From Paraspadella gotoi (Eukaryota > Animalia > Chaetognatha), in contig JBJCIZ010000862.1 in NCBI GenBank assembly GCA_051294375.1, positions 1 to 6,101 of the forward strand: DNA of 6,101 nucleotides. Reading direction: 5' to 3'. Positions 1 through 6,101 of this stretch are shown here, one piece after another. Under the pieces are notes generated by a model. It did not search any database. It was not told where the DNA came from and saw only the letters and a program-made list of their open reading frames with translations. Position 1 is the stretch's first letter. Each line of letters begins with the position of its first letter. A program made the position numbers and the translations under genes.

Positions 1-825
1 AAAAGAGAGAGATATTTACGGATGGGTATTTATTTACAACATCCTCTTTACCACCGCTTTCTATTATTTTATTTTCCGTCACTCCACAAGACCATTAAAT
101 AAATCTACCTTCGACTATAGTCGCTTTCTTCTCCTGATCAAATTCATTCTCTTGACACTTCTCGTTGAATTGTGTGATATCTACAAACTGTGGCGATATA
201 ACCTTGATTATTTTTCAGTTTGGCTTGTTGCAAAGAGATTATCAATTTAGCAGGTGTAGCAAAAAGGTAATACTAAATATATGGATTTGGGGTAAATGCT
301 CCGGGTTTTTTGTAAGTGTTTAAATTTAAATTTTTTTAAAACATTTTTGGAAAATTAACTAAATTCTTAAAAATTATATATAAAAATCTACATAAATGTA
401 TATAATAGTTATTTAGAATAAGCATTACCATCACTCTGATTTAAGACTTAGACATGGTTTTATGAATTTATATAAACTCTAATTTTAAATATTCAAAATA
501 TCCATACTTTCTTGTTCACCACTGTTAGTGGTATACCGTTAAATGCAATGAAAAGTTTTTTGAACATACATTTTCAATTTTGATTGAAATAAAATCATTA
601 AACTCACACTCAGAAACATACATGTATCATATCGATCATTATTTTCTTGGCGTAAATTTGTTGACATTGTCTTCATCCAGTCTTTTATCTATATTCCACG
701 ACTTAGTTTCTTCTGTTTTGCTCCATGTTTATGTTTTTCAATTGCGGCGCTCACCTTGTCATGAATGGGTTCTCCGGTCGGGTTCTTACATTATTCCGGC
801 CATTATCGGATACGCGCACCAACTT

Positions 826-1145
826 TTAAGTCATCTCTACACCCTTAATATTAAATATAGTTCTCCTCTTTTGCATTCTCCCCCGTGCTCCATCATGAAA
901 CATATTTTTTACCATGTATGCCTCACGATAAAGAGGAAATTCTCTCCCGCTAACTGGGCTTCCCTGCCCAAGACCTGTTATGATTAGATAGCGATTTCTC
1001 GTTGTTATCCTTGTTGTTGTTCTCGTCCTTACGGCTTCTTTCGTCTTCTTGGAGGCAGTTTTCTTAGTCCTTTTCCTACCTTCATTTACCCTCTGTACCC
1101 GTCTATTTAAATATGCTCCTTTGACCAGTCCTCTTCCTTTCGACG
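826..1145 (-). CDS. Possible terminal exon encoding a Lys/Arg/Thr-rich peptide of unknown function
   Basis: 105 stop-free codons start right at the acceptor (SKGRGLVKGAYLNRRVQRVNEGRKRTKKTASKKTKEAVRTRTTTRITT...IKGVEMT*). The other two frames stop within about 15 codons. Purine-rich low complexity could keep this frame open by chance. Confidence 0.25.
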
Positions 1146-1343
1146 CTTAAAAAAATAAAAGTTAGTAAGCACATGATCAGAATCTGATTAATTTATCAAT
1201 GAGCCGTCGACATCCAGTTCGTCGAAGGCGGGCGGTTGTGTTTCTCGTCGTCGTCGTCGTCGTCAAAATTCTCCGAAATTGTCCGCAGTAGTAAAAGGTC
1301 GTCGTCGACGGCGACTTCCGCGAGCCCATCTCTTTTCACTCAC
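1146..1343 (-). other. Candidate spliceosomal intron on the minus strand
   Basis: Minus-strand donor GTGAGT (1343-1338), branch point TACTAAC (1167-1161), T-tract and AAG acceptor ending at 1146. Confidence 0.35.
1245..1264. repeat. (TCG)6 trinucleotide microsatellite
   Basis: tcgtcgtcgtcgtcgtcgtc read directly. Shorter TCG runs occur near 1298-1307 and 5564-5588. Confidence 0.9.
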
Positions 1344-2864
1344 GCTGAGACAGCCGGACAGTCACCGCTTTAGCTCGAGAGTGTAATCGTGAAAAACTCG
1401 TGAGAGTACGAACATGCTACTGCAGGTCTCGATTAATGAAGGTTGACCGGTTTTCGCAATAATCTGTGTCCAGTGTTTCTTTTTTCTGGGGCAGCCATTG
1501 AAATAGGGTACACGTCAACTTGTCCCTTGTGTGAGAAGCACTGGATCGCTCGTGCTCAAGGTTGTTGGGTTTGGTAAGATTAAAAAGATGTTTACGAACG
1601 CCACGAGGTTGAAGCTGTCGATCATGATCAGTGGTCGAGTGTCTAGGGTTGTACGTTACTGAGACGCTAATTCAAATTTAGCTCGTTGAATATCGCGATG
1701 GTTTTATGCGTATTTTCATAGTGGGATATTTTTTTTGTGTGCTATTTATGGTATATAATTGCTACGTAAAAAAAATTAAGTTCATATTCAATAGAAATAA
1801 CCTAGGTGATTAATATGGCCTCTTTAGATCTTTATTAGGTTTTGATATATCACTGCGAATTACTATTATTAGTTATTTATAATATTAATAAAAAGTCTTG
1901 TACATATATTTAAACTGTATCGTGCAATATTAATCGTGACGCGCTTGAGGATTTAATTACTATTCAATTGGCCCAGTATGGCATGCAGTGACTCTCTCGA
2001 GGCGAATATATTACCTGTAACCATAGTCCTTGAATCTGACAAGTGAATTTGGTATTTAGTATTTAAAATATATTTCGTTCTCACAAATATGCAACCGTCA
2101 TGATGAGTGAGCATCTGAGTCAGCAATACTCAAGTCAAAATGTTATAAGTTATCCACTAAATTTGATTATCAAAATGTCACCTTTCAACCTTAAGGCTTA
2201 TCTAACTTATCGAGCAAAATAATCTTTAAATTTTTTTCGCCTTTTTTTGAGATTAATTAATTCGACCTCGACTAAATCCCGAGCTGCAGTGGAGAGAAAA
2301 TTATTATTAAAAACAATAATTAGTATTCCTCTTGACATTAGGATCCTCCTTATAGCAATAATCAAATTTATAAAGATTGAAATTTTTATTCTTTAAATAT
2401 TTTAATTTTTTTTAGTTAAAAAACTTATTGTAAATATTGGGAATAAGACCTAACTTCAAGTTGAAGGGGTTTCAATGTTCAAATGCCAATTTCTTGTTCA
2501 GCGGACTTTTCAGCGAAAAGTTCGAGATTTTGTCATTTCCGAGAAATTGAAAAAAAAAAATTTCGACCTTACAAAAAGCGCCAAGCGCGTCCCATTTGAT
2601 AATCTAAATGGATTTTTTTATGAATGCTAAATTAAAACCGCAAAAACGTCAAGTGGTTAAATATTATATGAAAAAAAGAGTTTTTTTCTACATTTTATAA
2701 GTAACATAAAGGTATGAAGGACAACATTGAAAGACACCCCGCTCCTCGACCATAAGCGGAGAGGGAGAAAAGACGGTTGGGAGTATGGAAAGGCTGTACT
2801 GAAGACCGGGATCGCGGGGCGCCGGTATAATTGTTTATAAGTATTCTTATTCTGTGTGAATATC

Positions 2865-3107
2865 TTAATGGTACTGTGTGTTCGAAAATCCAAATTCGAT
2901 TGGTGGAAAACTCCCGCCTCGTCCATGGGGACAGCTAAGTAACTCGTTCACACACCGTGAGTTCGCTGGTTCTCCCTCTCACGGTTCACGTCTGGTTAAA
3001 GTGTGATGCTATCGGCATAAACACGCCAGTGATATGGGGTGGTCCGTGTGCGGGTCCAAAGCCCTGAAGGCGCCAAGTGTCGGGAGATACCTGCCATAGT
3101 ACCTTAA
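2865..3107. mobile_element. Possible non-autonomous TIR element (MITE) or structured ncRNA
   Basis: GGTACTGTG (2870-2878) and CATAGTACC (3095-3103) form an inverted repeat with one mismatch (a G-U pair in RNA). TTAA lies outside each arm (2865-2868, 3104-3107). The interior is GC-richer than the flanks and has several hairpins. Confidence 0.35.
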
Positions 3108-3309
3108 TAAAAATAAAGCATATAGTATACAGACAATAATAATCTAAACCGTGTATTATGTAATAAATATTAAAGAATTCCACGTCGGCGTCACGTTCAA
3201 CGCAGAATCACGAATAATCGCGATAGAGAGACGAGAACGAAAAGTCAAATATCTGCATTCCGATGAAAAAACAGCATCTGTTGTTATGGTCGTCCTGGAC
3301 TTTAGCAAC

Positions 3310-4898
3310 ATGCGTACAATTACTTATTCTATTTCGTTTTTTTTTCTAGCAATGGACGCTTTGATTCAAATGTTCTCTCGAGTTCCCTGGCCATTCCTGG
3401 CGACTGGCAAAGAAAAAGCCTCTGCTAGCTTTTCAAAGGATCCTTCTATTGTTTCAGAAGAGATCCAAATACTCATTGATCGCATTCGCATCGTTGCGGC
3501 CCGTCCGCAAAGAAAAACTTTCCACCTGCTTGGAAAGCAGATGTAGACGTCTGCGTTTACTACAACGATGACGTCGGTAGGGAAACCGGTAAGTGCAGCT
3601 GGTAATGCCAGAAAGGCAGTTGCGAGGAAATTGGTACCGTTTATTTGTTGGTTACAGGTTCTCAAATGTACCTGGAAGACATCCCTTCTAAATGAAAGAC
3701 AGATTTGAAAACAGCGATGTGCGAAAAACGGAGTATTCTCGCCTTTCCTTCACGTCAACGAAAGATCCCATTCGACGGGTCGTGGTGTCAAAAATTTGGT
3801 AATTGGCTCTCGGAGAGAACGTGGAAATCAGTTAACAGTTGGATATTGGAACTACGGGAAGTGAAGAAATACAAAGATCCAAAAGTGCGGCAGAAAGAAC
3901 TGACCCCTCTCTAAGACGAGGAGCGTTGAGTGGATGAAGGAGAAATCCAAGTTGTGTCACGAACAACCTCGCACGTTTAGCAAAATATTGGTCACAAACT
4001 TTGCTCTACCGGGAACAAAAAAGCTGATGGAAAATCGTATATCATTGAGCGGCGTTTGGCCGGTTGAAAAGCGGACATCTCCAGTGTCGAGAACAACAGC
4101 AGGTAGTCAAATACCAGGCGGTCTGTACGTTGCCGCAGCTCTTTCCGCAATCAAGTTTCATCGAATATGTTAAAAACTTAAGAGAGGTCAAAATTTGTTC
4201 TGATACGCAACTCGTTCGAACCGATTCTCAGATTTCCCGCGAAATAATGAGGAATAGTCCTTTTGCTCCTGAATCAGGTCAATCCCCGATCAAAATTTGC
4301 TCGAATGATATTCCTGATGGATTTCTTTGACATATTTGGTTCTTGCGCTCGCGAATCGCTGTCAAGATTGCAAAAATTTCGCCAGAGTTATCAGGAAGAA
4401 AGCGCGCTCTCTGTTCTTTTCATGCCCCAACCCAAGCTGTACGACTTGAAAGACAAGGTCTTTCTACCCACCGAAATTATTTTAGGCACTGAAAATAAAA
4501 AGCTTTCTTTGCCTAAAATTATGGTGAATCGTGAAAATAAGAAAAACCAGTCGAGAGAGGACATGAATAAGATGCAAATGTTCATCCATTGTTTGCTGCA
4601 TAACTTCGCCGCTGTTTTACAAGCCAAGTTTTGGCCGCTGACCAAACCAAGCTCCACTTTCCAGGTCGCTGTTTCTCCGAGTACCACGTCTCGTAATACC
4701 CATGGAAGGGAGCCTACTCTGGCAGAAATGATGGATTTCTTAAAATATCTTATTGCCGAAATGTTTAAAACCCATGGGCCCTGGGGACCAAGTTGTGATG
4801 CTCACGAGTCTCGTTTTTGTACCCTTTTCTTTAAAAAGGATGATAACAGCGCTGTCAAGGTTTCATTCAACCTAATTGAGTTTAATGGGAAGAATTGA
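3310..4898 (+). CDS. Putative multi-exon protein-coding gene, unknown product (~388 aa in one hand-built model; exact exon boundaries uncertain)
   Basis: Five + strand ORFs (3151, 3705, 3934, 4064, 4263) tile the region in changing frames. One stop-free model uses exons 3310-3313, 3350-3406, 3458-3502, 3541-3588, 3658-3667, 3703-3798, 3839-3884, 3916-4053, 4085-4186 and 4278-4898 (1167 nt). All introns are GT-AG except GC-AG at 3407-3457. It reads MPMDALIQMFSRVPWPFLATEEIQILIDRIRIVAAHVDVCVYYNDDVGRETGSQIFENSDVRKTEY...VSFNLIEFNGKN*. Best-supported sites are the T-tract acceptor ...TTTTCTAG (3349), TGTTTCAG (3457), donor GTAAGT (3589) with acceptor TTACAG (3657), and donor GTAATT (3799). The stop is followed by an AT-rich 3' region with AATAAA. 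Alternative models and a pseudogene remain possible. Confidence 0.55.
4278..4898 (+). CDS. Terminal coding segment of the above gene (longest open frame; may hold further small introns)
   Basis: The 211-codon open frame 4263-4898 has protein-like composition and ends at TGA immediately before a microsatellite and polyadenylation signals. A CAG acceptor at 4275-4277 is in phase 0. Confidence 0.65.
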   Translation, partial: VNPRSKFARMIFLMDFFDIFGSCARESLSRLQKFRQSYQEESALSVLFMPQPKLYDLKDKVFLPTEIILGTENKKLSLPKIMVNRENKKNQSREDMNKMQMFIHCLLHNFAAVLQAKFWPLTKPSSTFQVAVSPSTTSRNTHGREPTLAEMMDFLKYLIAEMFKTHGPWGPSCDAHESRFCTLFFKKDDNSAVKVSFNLIEFNGKN

Positions 4899-4911
4899 TT
4901 GCTTTTTTACA

Positions 4912-4946
4912 TACCTACCTACCTATCTACCTACCTACCAACCTAC
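4912..4946. repeat. Imperfect (TACC)n tetranucleotide microsatellite in the presumed 3' UTR
   Basis: tacctacctacctatctacctacctaccaacctac read directly from the sequence. Confidence 0.9.
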
Positions 4947-4996
4947 ACCTATATTCCTACCTGTATATTGTATAAGTCGTTGAGAAGAAATTTCGG

Positions 4997-5002
4997 AATA
5001 AA
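4997..5002 (+). terminator. Candidate polyadenylation signal AATAAA (second copy at 5176-5181)
   Basis: Canonical hexamer about 100 nt after the stop at 4898, followed by T-rich sequence. AATAAA is common by chance in AT-rich DNA. Confidence 0.5.
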
Positions 5003-5444
5003 CTGTTTCAATGGAACAGAACTTAAAACTTTTTAGTTTTTCAAACAAGCCAAGCTGACCTGTTTACATGTTTTGTATAGAATAGAGAAACAGAAGTATG
5101 TTGTTAAAAGGAATGATTAGCTGTTTGTATTCATTGTGATCGTAATTTTTGTAAAAAGTTGAATATGGAAAATTTAATAAATACAGCATTGCAAACAGAG
5201 CATTCGCTCAGAATGTCTTGATTTCAATATTTATTACTTAAAAAAAATTAGATTAATCAATAGTAAAAAGATTGGTTTACTAAAATACTTCACTTATCAA
5301 CTAGGAAATGGACCATTACTGCAAAACTGAATCGCAAAGCAAAAGTTAGATCAATGATATAAATAAGGAGATTACCATAAAAAGTGGTACACTTACTTTC
5401 GATTCAACTTTTAAGAACAAAGAATGATTGCGTACCAGGATCTG

Positions 5445-5466
5445 TCTCTCTCACTCTCTCTCTCAC
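5445..5466. repeat. (CT)n/GAGA tract upstream of the HSE
   Basis: tctctctcactctctctctcac, within a pyrimidine-rich promoter-like block spanning about 5440-5680. Confidence 0.85.
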
Positions 5467-5521
5467 ATACACCGTGCAACGCTCCCCCCCTCCCTTCCTC
5501 GCTCGATCCGAATCGGAAGTT

Positions 5522-5546
5522 AGAAAGTTCTAGAAAACTCTCGATG
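5522..5546. promoter_or_regulatory. Heat shock element (HSF-binding site)
   Basis: aGAAa-gTTCt-aGAAa (5522-5536) is three perfect alternating nGAAn pentamers. It continues in register with two 2/3 matches, aCTCt and cGATg. Confidence 0.75.
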
Positions 5547-5687
5547 GTCGATCCTTCCTCTCCTCGTCGTCTTAATCGTCGTCGTCGTTACCCAGAAGCG
5601 TTTCGATCTTTCTCGTCTCGAGCTTCGGATTTGTCGATCCTTCCCCCCCCCACGCCCTCCTCTCTTTAGCTTCCCCATCCTTGAGTT

Positions 5688-5695
5688 TATATAAG
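5688..5695 (+). promoter_or_regulatory. TATA box (TATATAAG) of a gene extending beyond the window; start site expected around 5715-5725
   Basis: Consensus TATAWAWR in an otherwise GC/pyrimidine-rich block, about 150 bp downstream of the perfect HSE core. Confidence 0.7.
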
Positions 5696-6066
5696 CGAAG
5701 GCTCATTGCGCAGACCTCGTGTTTCACGCTTGGCTTTCACTCCTGTGTCAGTCTCACAAACTTCGTCTTTAATCTAAAAGCGAATTAAAATTCGATGTTT
5801 CGCAAAATATTTTCGTCTGTTTGTACTAAAAATAGTCTTGTATTTTTTCTAGATTGCGTTGTAGAATAAAATCATAAAATTGCTATCGATTTTTCCCAAT
5901 GAATGAAATGACATTGGTCGAACCAATATCATATCTGACTTTCAAGATATCATGATATATACGTCAGCAAGCTTTTATCAAGACTCTCAATTAAAGTCTA
6001 ATAACTTCCGCAATCAAAAAACATATATTTTTAATTGTTTCAGTAGTATAAATTTAATTCTGATGC

Positions 6067-6073
6067 TTTTCAG
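6067..6073 (+). other. Candidate 3' splice or trans-splice acceptor TTTTCAG for the downstream gene
   Basis: Exact match to the nematode acceptor consensus at the end of an AT-rich stretch with no ORF in the track. Other candidates are TTTTTCTAG ending at 5851 and GTTTCAG ending at 6043. Confidence 0.35.
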
Positions 6074-6101
6074 TTTTTCAACGAATCGCAACGCTTACGT
6101 A

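Noticed and set aside
112-123. Perfect 12-bp palindrome CGACTATAGTCG, with similar short inverted repeats at 1176-1188, 1620-1629, 2454-2466 and 5947-5958
   Set aside because: They are isolated, unrelated in spacing and not repeated as an array. A few such palindromes are expected by chance in 6 kb.
580-987. 135-aa + strand ORF from the track
   Set aside because: It has a TTG start and an L/S/H-rich composition expected from pyrimidine-skewed sequence. No motif is recognisable and there is no splice support.
1188-1625. 146-codon minus-strand frame (MIDSFNLVAFVNIFLILP...) interrupted only by three TGA codons, suggesting UGA recoding
   Set aside because: TGG is used for Trp in the same frame and the main gene appears to end at TGA. 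No SECIS or homology is evident, and part of the frame is a CGA microsatellite. Chance is a sufficient explanation.
2799-2830. Hammerhead-like CTGAAGA followed by a CCGG/CCGG stem
   Set aside because: The required GAAA after stem II is absent (TATAA instead), and stems I and III are not evident.
2982-2994. CGG-TTCACGT-CTG resembles P3/L3 of HDV-like ribozymes (the CPEB3 loop is TTCACGT), followed by a P4-like hairpin at 3001-3024
   Set aside because: I found no G-initiated P1 partner for the following GTTAAAG(T) and no convincing P2 or J4/2. The CGG is also tied up in the competing 8-bp stem. An RNArobo or Infernal search would settle it.
2657-3183. Minus-strand ORFs 2657-2926 and 2986-3183
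   Set aside because: Both are short, run through poly-A/T and structured sequence, and show no recognisable domain.
3366-4687. Minus-strand ORFs 3366-3665 and 4391-4687
   Set aside because: They are antisense shadows of the + strand gene.
5424-5669. 81-aa + strand ORF rich in S/L/P/R
   Set aside because: It is a translation of CT- and TCG-rich promoter sequence lying upstream of the TATA box.
1-6101. CRISPR array, tRNA, rRNA, telomeric repeats, transposase or reverse transcriptase coding sequence
   Set aside because: I saw no regularly spaced direct repeats, cloverleaf, conserved rRNA motifs, telomere arrays, or DDE/YxDD motifs in a credible context.

Overview
This is AT-rich eukaryotic genomic DNA with no prokaryotic operon, rRNA, tRNA or CRISPR signal. 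TTTTCAG/TTTCAG acceptors and very short candidate introns suggest an invertebrate, possibly a nematode, but the taxon is an inference. Main contents: (1) a probable + strand multi-exon gene of unrecognised family (~3310-4898). Its fragmentary ORFs join into one ~390-codon frame only by removing many short introns (mostly 31-51 nt). A (TACC)n microsatellite and AATAAA signals follow it. (2) A heat-shock-type promoter (CT/GAGA tract, perfect 3-unit HSE at 5522-5536, TATATAAG at 5688) for a gene lying beyond the right edge. (3) A ~240-bp GC-richer, hairpin-rich island (2865-3107) closed by short inverted repeats and TTAA/TAA, which may be a MITE or a structured ncRNA. (4) A possible minus-strand intron/exon with an exact TACTAAC branch point (826-1343). 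I cannot demonstrate a new biological system from the sequence alone. The structured island and the tiny-intron orphan gene are the best leads.
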